Both the position numbers and the translations under genes were made by a program. Below are positions 1 to 12,170 of a stretch of DNA of 64,000 bases, one piece after another. Below the pieces are notes generated by a model that did no database searches, had not been told where the DNA came from, and saw only the letters and a list, made by a program, of their open reading frames with translations. The stretch is from NCBI GenBank assembly GCA_964016885.1, contig OZ024747.1, forward strand, positions 41,416,001 to 41,480,000, read 5' to 3'. The number at the start of each line of letters is the position of its first letter. The first letter of the stretch is position 1. Source of the DNA: Eledone cirrhosa (Eukaryota).

Positions 1-660
1 CTTCGGGGCTGCACATGCGGGACACGTTTCTCATCACTCGTACCAAATCCGCAATCAGAAATATTGTAAGCCTTAGCCAGGCTAACAAGATACTGAAAAC
101 CACCATGTTCTGTTGTCTACGAAAAACAAACATCTCGACAACTACACATTATAAAAGAATGTGCCTCGTCCCGAGTTTACACCAACACCATCAACACCGA
201 TGTAAGAAGATTACAACTCACCAAAAAGCAAGCAGATAGGCTAAAACGAACACTAATTCTAAACATAAAGAAGAAGATTTATAGAGAATTAAGTCAAGAA
301 AACACAAGCGTAACCTAATACAAGAAATAACTAAGATCACCACACCAAGAGAAAAATTAATATTTATAAACCTTATATATCCTGAAGAAAAGTACATCGT
401 TCAAGAATGTGACAAGCACTTTAACAAGAAACTAAAGTGGCTCAAACAGATAAAACTAAATTAAGATACTTTAGAGAATATCAATAGATATCCCGAAAAA
501 ATTGACGGTATAAATATGGCCGACATCTCATTAACAGATGAATTCAACAACAACAACAACACAAATATATACGGCAACACTACGGTCGACTTTGATAAAT
601 TATCAGTATTACAACTGCCACCTAAGTATGCCACATTTAATAAGGTAAATATGAGGCCAG
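1..660 (+). pseudogene. Degraded N-terminal fragment of a Penelope-like element ORF
   Basis: K/N-rich broken frames ending in LSVLQLPPKYATF (about 600-640), resembling the pre-RT L-x-L-G/P-P-K-F/Y motif of PLEs; many stops. Confidence 0.4.
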
Positions 661-1204
661 TTGAAGATTTAAACTCGCGGTGTAAGCATGGATAGCTGGA
701 CATTATTATTCTTCCTTGTTGATAATCCAATAATATCCACTTTCCGTGACTTACCATCTGATTAATTGGTGAAATATATTTCTTTAATGGAATATATACA
801 GGCGAGGTTAATCATATATTAAAAGGTATCTATTTATTTGTTACCTAAATTGCTATGCGTGGTTACACGCTTGTAAAAATTATCTCCTGTGATTATTCAT
901 GTTTATATATGTTAATCAATTTCTAGTTATTATAAAATGCTCGGACCTATCTTTGAGCTTATTTCCGGGCGATATGGCGCACGCCGTTATGGCATGACAC
1001 CCACAATTTCGATTTGGATTAAATTCATTTAATTTATCTTAATTTTGGATATAGATATACAAATACGGCTCCTTAATTGTAGAGCTAATTCTGTTGAAAG
1101 GAATTTGACTGCTGTTTCTAGTTGTCGAATACCTATTCACGCCACTGAGACGAGACTGCTGTCATGTGTAAGAGCAACACGTGGTAGAGGCCAGTTGAAG
1201 ATTT

Positions 1205-1533
1205 AAAATATTGAAAGAGTGAAGAATAACAAGGCCAACAGTACAAAAAAGGGTTTTATTTACAGTCTTAACAATTGTTTCACTGATTAAGTTGTCTAAA
1301 AATTGCTGAACACTTGAAGCCGTGCCACTCAATTATAAATACGTTGTTAACCAGATCATCAGAAGAACTTCTGATGATCCGGTTAAGCTAACAATGCATT
1401 TAAAATTGAGTGGCACGGCTTCAAGTGTTCAGCAATTTTTAGACAACTTAATCAGTGAAACAATTGTTAAGACTGTAAATAAAACCCTTTTTTGTACTGT
1501 TGGCCTTGTTATTCTTCACTCTTTCAATATTTT
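1205..1533. mobile_element. ORF-less head-to-head inverted PLE pLTR remnant
   Basis: Arms of about 128 bp (1205-1333, 1404-1533) are reverse complements; the central part is also palindromic (ttaaccagatcatcagaag..cttctgatgatccggttaa). Confidence 0.75.
1368..1471 (+). ncRNA. Type I hammerhead ribozyme motif with long stem II (mirror copy on - strand at 1266-1366)
   Basis: CUU-CUGAUGA-uCCGGUUAAG...CUUAAUCAGu-GAAAC-AAUU-GUU-AAG; palindromic stem III ACAAUUGU. Confidence 0.7.
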
Positions 1534-1692
1534 TACTCCAAGATAAACTTACATAGGAATGCAAGAGAACTCATAAACTCACCACCTACGGAAACCTCTT
1601 GTTGGGTCAAAAAACGCCGTACGCTAAAACTATCTACAATACGAAGTATTCACAACCTCTAACTGGATTACCTATAACGATATTTTGTTATC

Positions 1693-1741
<49 letters not shown>

Positions 1742-1878
1742 GTATAGGATTATCCTAGATGTAGTAATTGGTAATTACTACACTGGATATGGTTGACGTA
1801 CGGTGAGAGGTTACTCTACGAGTTATGGAAGAATTGTTGAAGAAACTTAGTTCCTGATCCTTCTGTATTCCGGAGTGT

Positions 1879-2280
1879 ATATAAAGAATGAATAATAACA
1901 GGTAGACATCATGAAAAGGTAATTTATTCCGTGTGCTTACAAATGTTTCCACGGTGGTACTACAGCCTAGTTATGCTATGTGCAAATTTACAACTATTTG
2001 CAGAACTCAAATATCCAATGCTGTGACCACTGTATCCTCAGAGCAGAATGGTTAAAATGTACAATGTAAATACCCTTAATTAGGGTATTTACATTGTACA
2101 TTTTAACCATTCTGCTCTGAGGATACAGTGGTCACAGCATTGGATATTTGAGTTCTGCAAATAGTTGTAAATTTTCACATAGCATAACTAGGCTGTAGTA
2201 CCACCGTGCAAACATTTGTAAGCACACGGAATAAATTACCTTTTTATGATGTCTACCTGTTATTATTCATTCTTTATATA
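1879..2280. mobile_element. Near-perfect 400-bp palindrome of inverted PLE pLTRs
   Basis: Arms of about 200 bp mirror around taccct-taatt-agggta (2071-2087); ends in (TA)n; a 3' fragment of the same family recurs at 42905-42980. Confidence 0.8.
1934..2045 (-). ncRNA. Type I hammerhead ribozyme motif with 69-nt loop II (+ strand mirror 2113-2224 has GAAA changed to CAAA)
   Basis: UGCU-CUGAGGA-UACAGUGG..CCACCGUG-GAAAC-AUUU-GUA-AGCA. Confidence 0.75.
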
Positions 2281-2333
2281 TATATATATATATATATATA
2301 GTTAAAAGAATAGAGGTGTAACACACAAGTTAT

Positions 2334-5300
2334 TATATATTGGTAAACGGAATAGAAAATGCTGACAAATTGTTCACAGTTGAAAAATGGTTTAATTAGG
2401 AATAAAAGAGTATTAGTGATTGTATGGGTTAGTATTCAGTTGTGGTTTTAAGTTTTTAAGTTTTTAAGTTTTTACCGGTTGCGCATTTCTAAATGCTTTT
2501 CAAAAATAATTTTGAGATAGAGTGTCCGTGCTGTTTGCTCTGATCTGATTAGTTTTGGGAATTCTACCTGTTTTTATGTTAAAAAAAGTGGCTCCAGCGT
2601 TATTTTTGTGTTGCAAAAATGCTTGTGGTCAAAACAATTTTGATTGGTCGGTAGAGGTCATGTGAATGTAAAAAGTTGATTTTGCGCCAAGACTGTTTTT
2701 ATGTTAAAAAAGTGGCTCCAGCAAAATTCTTGGTCAAAACAATTTTGATTGGTCGGTAGAGGTCAACCCCTCTACCCCAACCATTTTTTAGACACAGCAC
2801 ACAGATACAGGCAAACAAAATAACACAAGACAGGGAGGAGAAACCGATAGTAATAAAAATTATCTAGTGCAGAACCAACACCCAACCTTATCAACTTACT
2901 CTCCAAAGGTCTTAAATTCACACCGACCCCACTACGTCCTAACTACTATGAAATGAAGGAAGACATCACAGACTTCTGTAGAAAGTTACGACTTAGTGAA
3001 CAACTATTCGACCAGTACAATGAGGATGAATCATTAGCCAGAAATAGAAGCAATTACACCCCTTCAAAAGGTAGAAATAAAATCCTGGACGAATTCTGTG
3101 AACACATCACAAACTTCCCTTACCAACACTTGCACAGACAAAAACACAAGCCAAACCTCAACAAGAAAGAATGGGAAGAATTAAATAGATTAAAAACCGA
3201 CAGAACCATTACAATTAAAGAGGCTGATAAAGGGAGTACAGTAGTCCTAATGGAGACAGAATTCTATATCAACTTAGCGCTCTCCACTTTGGAAAACGAA
3301 ACATACTACGAAAAGGCTGAACACTACAATCAACAGAAAATTATGAGAAACCTAAAAACTCTAATCAACCAATACAAAGAAGGACTCACTAACAAGGAAT
3401 TCAGCTTCATCACAGACTTCACAAGTAAATCCAGCCTTTTCTACGGTATCCCTAAAGTACATAAAAGCGAATCAATCAGTAAGGCATGCAAGGAAGCCAC
3501 AGACATAGTCATCAATGTCCCCTCACCCAATGATCTCAAATTAAGACCTATAATAGCAGGCCCCGCTTGCGAAACGCACCGTCTTAGCAACTTCATTGAT
3601 ACCCTTCTCAAACCCTTCCTCAAGCACATCAAAAGCTATATAAGGGACGAACTAGATATGCTCAATCACCTCCCTAATATGCCACTTTCTGAACAAACCC
3701 TACTAGTGACGTTCGATGTAGTCAACCTATACTCCAACATCCCCCACAACCTAGGAATAGAAGCTATCCAATTCTGGCTGGATAATTTCCACAATGAACT
3801 CCCACAACGCATCAAAAAAGAATTCGTGATAGAGGGACTCATATTTATCTTGGAGAACAATTACTTCGTTTTCAATAACAAACCCTACAGGCAGAAATCT
3901 GGGACCGCTATGGGAACGAAAACAGCCCCTACTTATGCCAACCTAGTCATGGGATACCTGGAAATCACCCTCTACACTAAAGTCCTAAACAAATTTGGAA
4001 ACACCCTCCACTTACACATTGAAAGGAACTGGAAGCGATATCTAGATGACTGCTTCATCCTTTGGCACGAAAACATCGAAAAACTTAAAGAATTTCACAC
4101 CCTTATAAATGGGCTCAACACAAATATTAACTTCACGATGGAATACAGCCATCAACAACTCCCCTTCCTCGACATCCTCATTAAGATCCATAACAAAAAA
4201 ATAGAAACAGACATATACTCCAAGCAATATCTCCCCTTCAACTCTTGCCACCCTAGACACGTTAAAATTAATATTCCCTACAACTTAGCCAAGAGAATCT
4301 GTACTATAGTCTCCAATAAAAACATCTGCTACTTACGGCTACAAGAACTAAAGGACACACTCATAGGCAGGGACTACCCTGCATCACTAATTGACAATGG
4401 AATCCAACGTGCCCTAAAACTCAGTACCCAGGACCTTAGACACCCTAAAGTAAATCAACCAAAACTAAAAGCTCTTCCATACATCTCCACACACAACCCC
4501 CTCAACAATGAGGCCTTTGACACCATCCTCCAGAACATCACTGTATTGAAAAAGGACCATAGAATGAACCAAATTCTACGAACACACGATATCATAAAGA
4601 GCAAAAGACAATCCAAGTCAATGAAAAACATCTTAACACATGCCAAAGTACTGCCAACCACAACAACGAAACCCACAGTAAAAAAATGCGATAGACCCAA
4701 CTGTGGCATTTGCATCAACCTAATAGAGGGTTCGGAATTCTATTTCAAAGATGGACAACGTTTTATAGTAAAACACAATTTCACATGTGCATCGGAAAAT
4801 CTAATATATGTATTAACTTGTTCAGGTTGTCGAGAACAATACATAGGCCAGACCAAAAACAGCCTCCGCCAACGCATGACTGTCCATAGATCCCAAATTA
4901 AAATACGGAATACAGGAAAATACCACTGAGTGAACACATTGATACCTGTGCCGCCCAAAATCATCCCAACTTCAGAATCTTTCCCCTCTACAAATTTTAA
5001 GATAATGCCACCCACACCCAGCGCATCAGCAAGGAATCTTACTTCATTAACAAATACGGACCCCGTCTAAACACTTCTCCCTAAGACGAACCCACAACAT
5101 ACACACGTCAACATACATACCTACATCAGCACACATCTCTACCCACATATAAACACAATGACACACGTAAACACACATGCTCTATGGTGCAATACAAAAA
5201 AATATATGTGCATATATATGTATGTATATATGTATATATATATATATGTAGTGAATATATGTATGTGTATATATAGTGAATATCATTTCACACCTTTTAT

Positions 5301-5392
5301 TGTTAAGATTTTTGATGTTCTATTAAAAGAACCGATTTTACTGAAAAAAACGAATAATGTACACCATTTTACCAGGGGGAAAAAATACTGGT

Positions 5393-5441
<49 letters not shown>

Positions 5442-5611
5442 CACAAACACATACACACGCGTACATCAACATACAAAGAGACTTATACACACACACACAC
5501 GCACTTCTCCATATAAGACAAAAGCTGAAAAATATCTTTTGACATGCTAAAATACCCCCCATTACTTTCAGACACATTCTTACTGACCATCGAATTACTC
5601 TGCTATACACA

Positions 5612-5694
<83 letters not shown>

Positions 5695-5781
5695 ATCTTA
5701 ATAGCCATTTGACACACATCGCTGCTGGCCATTGTCGCAGCATCGAACACCTTACTACTACTACTACTACACACACATACA

Positions 5782-5830
<49 letters not shown>

Positions 5831-6309
5831 TTGTTGTGAAAGAGTCATTTCTCAATCTTGGCGCAAAACCAATTTTTTATCCACATGACCTCTACCGACC
5901 AATCAAAATTGTTTTGACCAAGAATTTTTGCTGGAGCCACTTTTTTAACATAAAAACAGTCTTGGCGCAAAATCAACTTTTTACATTCACATGACCTCTA
6001 CCGACCAATCAAAATTGTTTTGACCACAAGCATTTTTGCAACACAAAAATAACGCTGGAGCCACTTTTTTAACATAAAAACAGGTAGAATTCCCAAAACT
6101 AATCAGATCAGAGCAAACAGCACGGACACTCTATCTCAAAATTATTTTTGAAAAGCATTTAGAAATGCGCAACCGGTAAAAACTTAAAAACTTAAAACCA
6201 CAACTGAATACTAACCCATACAATCACTAATACTCTTTTATTCCTAATTAAACCATTTTTCAACTGTGAACAATTTGTCAGCATTTTCTATTCCGTTTAC
6301 CAATATATA
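2334..6309 (+). mobile_element. Penelope-like retroelement (Neptune-type), 5'-truncated, with inverted pLTR
   Basis: 2334-2765 is the reverse complement of 5886-6309; RT plus GIY-YIG ORF between them; (TA)n flanks. Confidence 0.9.
2850..5084 (+). pseudogene. PLE reverse transcriptase plus C-terminal GIY-YIG endonuclease, disrupted
   Basis: LS..LLSKGLKFTPTP upstream of the track ATG; ADKG, PKVHK, LRPII, FDVVNLY, GTAMG, YLDD, FLD, CHP; linker CDRPNCGIC (CX4CX2C, Neptune-like); NLIY..CSGC..YIG; frameshift near 4900, in-frame stop near 4998 and apparent loss of the KPTD motif. Confidence 0.9.
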
Positions 6310-6364
6310 TATATATATATATACAATATTAAATAAATGGAAACTATATTTATAAAACCATATT

Positions 6365-6430
6365 TATTTCATTATATATATTTCGGGGATATCATATTAA
6401 CAATATGCTATGCCTTCCTCAGACAAAATA
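6365..6430 (-). ncRNA. Type I hammerhead ribozyme in the 3' pLTR
   Basis: UAUUUUGU-CUGAGGA-stem II-GAAA-UAUAUA-UA-AUGAAAUA. Confidence 0.75.
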
Positions 6431-7884
6431 CAATATAAACAGTTTTATAGATAAATAGATTCGACATACCGTTATAACACCGACTTCCATTTGAAGAGGT
6501 TTAAGCTGGCAGTGAAAAAATTTTACACAGAGAGAAAGAAAGAGAGAAAAAAGAAAGAAAGACAGAAAACGAAGAAAAGGAAGAAAAAGAAGAAATGCAT
6601 GGAACAAAATAGAGAGATGGAAAGATAGATAAAGCGAAGAACTTCATGTAAAGAAACAGAAAGATATATATATATAGAGAGAGAGAGGAAATAGAGATAG
6701 ATACATATATATATAGAAAATTAGGTAGTGGGAGGTCATTTTGAGTAAATGTATCAATGATACATTTATTTATTTATTTATTTATTTAGCTCAAGTATTA
6801 ATGTAAGGGAGATATATAGAGAGAGAAAAAATATAGAGAGAGGAAAAAATAGCGAGAGAAAAAAAAATTTAAAAATAGCCAGATATATTCGAGGCGTAAA
6901 AACCCTATGTTTTAATGTATTAGTATTTATAAAACTTACACTATATTGTAAATATCAGTATTCCTGAATGAGACAAGTATCCATAGTGTGTGAAAATTAA
7001 TTATCTTATGTTTAGTTTTAAAAAAAAATTCATATGTTTATGTGACAGCTACAAACATCCATGCGAATCCACATGATTCACTCTGCAAACTCTAAGTTCA
7101 CGGAAAACATTCTCAATGTGGTATAAAAATTTGAGCATACATATATGCGTATTATTATTCCTGTCTTTACTCTACAAGATTATCTATCAAGCAGAAATAG
7201 AGAGCAGATTTCAATATACTAATAAAAATATATATCAGAAACAAAACTAAAAAAATAAAAAGATAACAATAATAATAATAAGTAAAAATAAGTAATAATA
7301 AAATAGAAAACTAAAAAAATATTACGAAAGAATATTAACTAATAAAAATATTAGATATTAAAAATATTACGTATTAAAAAATATTACGTATTAAAAAATA
7401 TTACGTATTAAAAATTTACATATTAAAGATATTAAAAATAAAAATAAAAATAAAAAATAAAAAAAATAAAAAATAAAAAATAATTATAAAATACTACAAT
7501 AATAAAAAAAATAAAAATAAAAATAAACCACAAAGATCAACCCTTCAAAGTTAATTGACAATATATTGCCAAGTTCATTACAAGACAAAGCCAAAAATTA
7601 TCTATCAAATCACATCTAGCAAAGATCATTTCAAAAAGTTTATGATGTCCAAATTGGTCTACATATGTTCTTATATTTAATATAGAAGTTTATCTAGTGT
7701 AAGGTTTATTCAAAAAATTTGGAGCATCAGCTTTTAGGGTAGCTTAATTTTTCATGAGGAATGTTTAAATAAAAATAAAATAAAAATAAACAATAAAAAA
7801 AGGATAAAAAGAAGGAATCAAAAATTTAGGAATCAAAAATTTATCGGCTAGTTTCCCATATAAATATAAATCAAACTAAATATA

Positions 7885-10098
7885 CTACATTTTAAATTTA
7901 AATTTATATTTAAACGTTGAGTTTAATCTATGTTTGCAACAACTGAATAAATTTGTCCGTAGGTTAAGGGAATTTTTAGATTTTAGTATAAAGAATATCT
8001 CCTCTGCGCAGAGGTCACATGTCTCAGAGGATGAATTAAAAGGAATCCCTCTTGAGACTATATTCCAAGCCGTCGAATATCTAACGTTATCTAGCTTAAG
8101 TTGCCAGAGTACGCCTGATAGTGCCGTTGAAGATTTTTTACTTGGATCTGTGAAAGAATTCTTGTGGTTATTATAGCGAAGTTTAAATTCCGTCGATGTG
8201 GAACCGACGTAGTTAAAAGAATTAGAGTCAGTATTAACATTACAATTGTATACTATATTTTTAACTAAGCAGTTGTTATTTAACGGACATTTAGATCTAT
8301 CTCTACAGTTACATTTGTTAACTTGTATATTATTTATGCTATTATCACTAGGTTTTAAGTTCCTATTATTTATTCTATTAATATTTTGTGCTAAATTTTT
8401 GGTGGATGAGTAGGTTAATTTAATTGTATGCCTATTGAAAATTGAGTGATACCTATGTGTTCTAGGGAAGCGATTATCAAGAGCTTTGAAAAATAATTTA
8501 GCGATGTGGGTTTTAATGTTTAGTGAGAAAGGGGGAGCAAACCAAATTATGTTCCTAGTTCTATTTCTTTTTTGGCCTTTGGAATTATTGTAATGCTTTC
8601 TATTATAGTTGTTAATGTTGTTGCCGTAATTAAAAAAGTTGTTACTTTGTTTAGTTTGTCTATCATTATCTATGTACACAATCTTATCAGCATATCCTGC
8701 CCTAGCTAATGCTTCATTATAGTATTGGGCCTTTTCGTCGAAAATCTTTCTATTCGACGAGATCCTAGAGATACGTTTTTGAACTGAGTTTACTATAGTG
8801 TTTTTGACAGATCTGGGGTGGTTAGAGTTAAAGTTGACATAGTTTAAGTTTTCATTCAACTTGTGAAAAGGATAGTGGAGACATGTGTTGAGATTTAATG
8901 TTATATCTAGGAAATTGACTATTCTATGGTTGTTCTCAATTTCTATTTTAAGGTTAAAGTAATTAAAAAATTTTGTAATTTGTTTACATTTTCTATTTAG
9001 TTCAGGGTTATTATTATTAATAAGTAAAAGCATGTCATCCCTATATAAACCTCCGGTAGTACCAGGTATTTTCCTATGTAGCGAATTGATTAAAAATAAG
9101 CCCACAAGGTCAGTTACCTGAGATGAGTCGGAAGATCCCATAGTTATGTCAAAATTGCTATCTCTATCTGCTCTGGTCCATAATTTGTCATTAAATTCTA
9201 TCAAAGTTTTCCTAGCCGATAATATAATATGCATTTCTTTGCTAGTTAGGTCCGTATGTTTGAATGCGTAATTTAGTGCCTTATTTAGTAGACTAGGGGT
9301 AATAGAAGAATAATAGTTAGCTATATCAAGTTGAATAAACCTATTATTATTGTTATATTTAATTTGCCTAAACCACTCAACAACCTCTCCAGTTCCCTTC
9401 CACAAGCTCAGGTTAGATACACAATCCAAGTTCTTAATTTGCTGTATCACCCTGTCAAGAATGTTTTTGCTTAATTTGCCCAGGTCCGATTTTGAAGGTG
9501 CGATCAATCTAACTGGCAGGTCATTTTCAAAATTCCTCTTGTGGTCCTTCATATTGATCTTCGGTTTCCTGGGCACGAAAGGTTGTGTTCTGTTCTCAAT
9601 TTCCAACTCGTGCATTATACAAGATGCTTCGACATTCATTTTCTCAAGTTCGGCCTTATCTGTTACCTTGTACTTTTTCCTCAGCTCTTTCAGTATGAGG
9701 CCATTATACATGTCTTTCCGCACTCCATAGAGGTTGTTGGTCTTGTCAGATTTCACCAAGATCTTCTCAGTTTTCTCTAAACTCTCAATGTTATCCTTAA
9801 TGCCTTTCAGATATTCCTGGCCTTTGAAGTTTCTCTTGAATTTGACCCCTTGTATGATAGAAATTATATCGTTTTCAAAGTCAGATAAAAGTTTGTTAGG
9901 GGGTGGATTTCTTTTAGATTTGAAAACTTTGTTTAAGTCCGAGACATTTTCATCTGCATTAGATTTATCAAAGTGGAATGCACGCCACCTGATTCTCCTT
10001 ATAAAAGAGTCAGATTTATCTATTAATTGTTTTATAAAGTCTTTGTTTCTAGGTAGAGGTATGTCTTTTAGAGAGGAAGTAATCTTAAAGAATTCCAT
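7885..10098 (-). CDS. Intact PLE polyprotein (RT plus GIY-YIG endonuclease), 737 aa, Hydra-clade signatures
   Basis: SDKT, PVRLI, LDIANYY, ITMGS, GLYRDD, FLDITL, SNHP; linker CNCRDRSKCPLNNNC (CxCx5Cx5C); NIVY..YVG..R..H; CDLC..CKH; no internal stops. Confidence 0.92.
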   Translation of the reverse strand: MEFFKITSSLKDIPLPRNKDFIKQLIDKSDSFIRRIRWRAFHFDKSNADENVSDLNKVFKSKRNPPPNKLLSDFENDIISIIQGVKFKRNFKGQEYLKGIKDNIESLEKTEKILVKSDKTNNLYGVRKDMYNGLILKELRKKYKVTDKAELEKMNVEASCIMHELEIENRTQPFVPRKPKINMKDHKRNFENDLPVRLIAPSKSDLGKLSKNILDRVIQQIKNLDCVSNLSLWKGTGEVVEWFRQIKYNNNNRFIQLDIANYYSSITPSLLNKALNYAFKHTDLTSKEMHIILSARKTLIEFNDKLWTRADRDSNFDITMGSSDSSQVTDLVGLFLINSLHRKIPGTTGGLYRDDMLLLINNNNPELNRKCKQITKFFNYFNLKIEIENNHRIVNFLDITLNLNTCLHYPFHKLNENLNYVNFNSNHPRSVKNTIVNSVQKRISRISSNRKIFDEKAQYYNEALARAGYADKIVYIDNDRQTKQSNNFFNYGNNINNYNRKHYNNSKGQKRNRTRNIIWFAPPFSLNIKTHIAKLFFKALDNRFPRTHRYHSIFNRHTIKLTYSSTKNLAQNINRINNRNLKPSDNSINNIQVNKCNCRDRSKCPLNNNCLVKNIVYNCNVNTDSNSFNYVGSTSTEFKLRYNNHKNSFTDPSKKSSTALSGVLWQLKLDNVRYSTAWNIVSRGIPFNSSSETCDLCAEEIFFILKSKNSLNLRTNLFSCCKHRLNSTFKYKFKFKM

Positions 10099-10432
10099 TT
10101 TTCCAGTTATAATATAAAGCGCTCAACAGTATTGGAGCAAGATACATGGAAAGTTATATTTAAAATTGTTGGGTTACAACTAGTAAATATTTATAACTGA
10201 TATAAAAGCACTCGACAAATATTTGGAGTATATTTACAATATTAAATAAATGGAAACTATATTTATAAAACCATATTTATTTCATTATATATATTTCGGG
10301 GATATCATATTAACAATATGCTATGCCTTCCTCTGTGTAAAATTTTTTCACTGCCAGCTTAAACCTCTTCAAATGGAAGTCGGTGTTATAACGGTATGTC
10401 GAATATATTTATCTATAAAACTGTTTATATTG

Positions 10433-10498
10433 TATTTTGTCTGAGGAAGGCATATCATATTGTTAATATGATATCCCCGAAATATATATAATGAAATA
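10433..10498 (+). ncRNA. Type I hammerhead ribozyme in the inverted pLTR
   Basis: UAUUUUGU-CUGAGGA-aGGcAUAUCAUAUU-guu-AAUAUGAUAUccCc-GAAA-UAUAUA-UA-AUGAAAUA. Confidence 0.78.
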
Positions 10499-10628
10499 AA
10501 TATGGTTTTATAAATATAGTTTCCATTTATTTAATATTGTAAATATACTCCAAATATTTGTCGAGTGCTTTTATATCAGTTATAAATATTTACTAGTTGT
10601 AACCCAACAATTTTAAATATAACTTTCC

Positions 10629-10660
<32 letters not shown>

Positions 10661-10671
10661 ATATATATATA

Positions 10672-10705
<34 letters not shown>

Positions 10706-10840
10706 GTAGCCGTGTGTGCAAGCATGAATACATACATCTGGTGAAACACACTCTCTCCAGATCTGAACACAACCAATTTCTTCCACAGAGAGAGAGAAAA
10801 AAATGAGAAAGAGGGGCTGTGGAAAAAAAATTGACTCATG

Positions 10841-10982
10841 CGCTGGTACTTAATTTATTGACCTCGAAAGGAGGAAAAACAAAGTTGTCTGTGGTGGGAT
10901 TTGAAATTAAAGCAGAGAGAACCAGAACGAATGCCACAAAGCATTCTATATGATGTTCTAATGACTCACGAATTTACCACCT
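10841..10982 (-). mobile_element. Nin-domain tRNA-derived SINE (diverged)
   Basis: Reverse complement carries a B-box-like ttcaaatccc and a diverged cctttcgaggtcaataaa..agtaccag Nin core. Confidence 0.6.
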
Positions 10983-11896
10983 ATAGAAAAGACTACTGAA
11001 TGAAGATAACGCTTTATGTTATCTGATGTTCTAACAAATCTGTCATTTCGCCGCCTTCTACGCTAAAACACATTACCAGACCAAACTTATATTTTGAATT
11101 TATGTTTCGTTACTATAGATCTTGCTGTCAAATTTTAATCGGTAAAAGGTTTGGGGCCGGAATGAATACCGCAACTCTTTCTATCCGATGTTCGAAAAAC
11201 TCTGCCAATTCGCCGCCTTAAACAGCTGACTAGAAGATACATAAATGAATAAATAAAATAAATGGAATGAAAAAGAAGAGGAGGAGGAGGGGGACATAAG
11301 TTTAAAGTATTGAGTAAGATAGGGAGGTAAGAAAAAGTATAATGTATAAAGATAAAGCTGGAAAGGAATTGTGGAAAAAATATAAAAAGAAAAAAGAAAA
11401 GGAAAAACAATAATACAAATACAAAAAGAAAAGAAAAAGAAAAGAAGAAAAATGGGAGCAAAAACGGAAGAAAGAAAAGGAAAAAAGTAAAAGAAAGAAG
11501 AGAAAATAATGGATTGACATGAAAAGTTTAATGGAATGAGAACTATTTAAGAATAAATGGTTTCCTCTTATTTTTGTCGTCGTTATATTTCACTGTCGCT
11601 TTGAATGTGATGTCATTTCCTATCATGTTCTCTTCTAAGATACTTTACAATAATATTGGTTTCTTATATAGGCACAAGGCCAGTGATTTTGGGGGAGGGG
11701 AAAGTCGATTAAATCGACCCCAGTAGGTATAGGAGAGTATCTGTTAAGACTTATTCGGCTTTTGCTGTCCACTGATGATGACATTACGCAATATATATAT
11801 ATATGTGTGTGTGTGTGTGAATGAGAGAGAGGGAGAGTATGTGTGTATATGTATATATATATATACATATATATATATTAAATGTAATCTGAGTAT

Positions 11897-12081
11897 TAAT
11901 AATTGTTTCTACTTTTGGCACAAGGCCACCAATTACCCAGTACATTACTGGTACTTTATTTTATCGACCCCGTAAGGATGAAAGCCAAAGTTAACCTCGG
12001 CGGGATTTGAACTCAGATCATAAAGGGACGTAACTCTATGCTTCAAAGCATGGTGTCCGACTCTACCGATACTGCCAATCC
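11897..12081 (-). mobile_element. Nin-domain SINE with target-site duplication
   Basis: A box tggcagtatcgg, B box gagttcaaatccc, Nin core ctttcatccttacggggtcgataaaataaagtaccag; TSD gagtattaataat on both sides. Confidence 0.85.
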
Positions 12082-12170
12082 AGAGTATTAATAATACCAT
12101 TCGATTCGTTTGCAATTATGCAAACAAGCCTCAATTTTAAAGCCATGTCTTATGTTGGCATGCGAACAGA

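Larger units (their letters stand above)
6322..10630 (-). mobile_element. Penelope-like retroelement (Hydra-type) with 3' pLTR, partial upstream direct pLTR and 5' inverted pLTR
   Basis: 6323-6420 matches 10236-10331 directly; 10331-10630 is an inverted copy; (TA)n on both sides. Confidence 0.92.

Noticed and set aside
4920-4929. TGA ending the 658-aa ORF as a possible selenocysteine codon
   Set aside because: It arises from a frameshift; the true C-terminus continues in another frame to 5084
2334-6309. Long terminal inverted repeats read as a cut-and-paste DNA transposon
   Set aside because: No transposase; an inverted pLTR is the known PLE insertion structure
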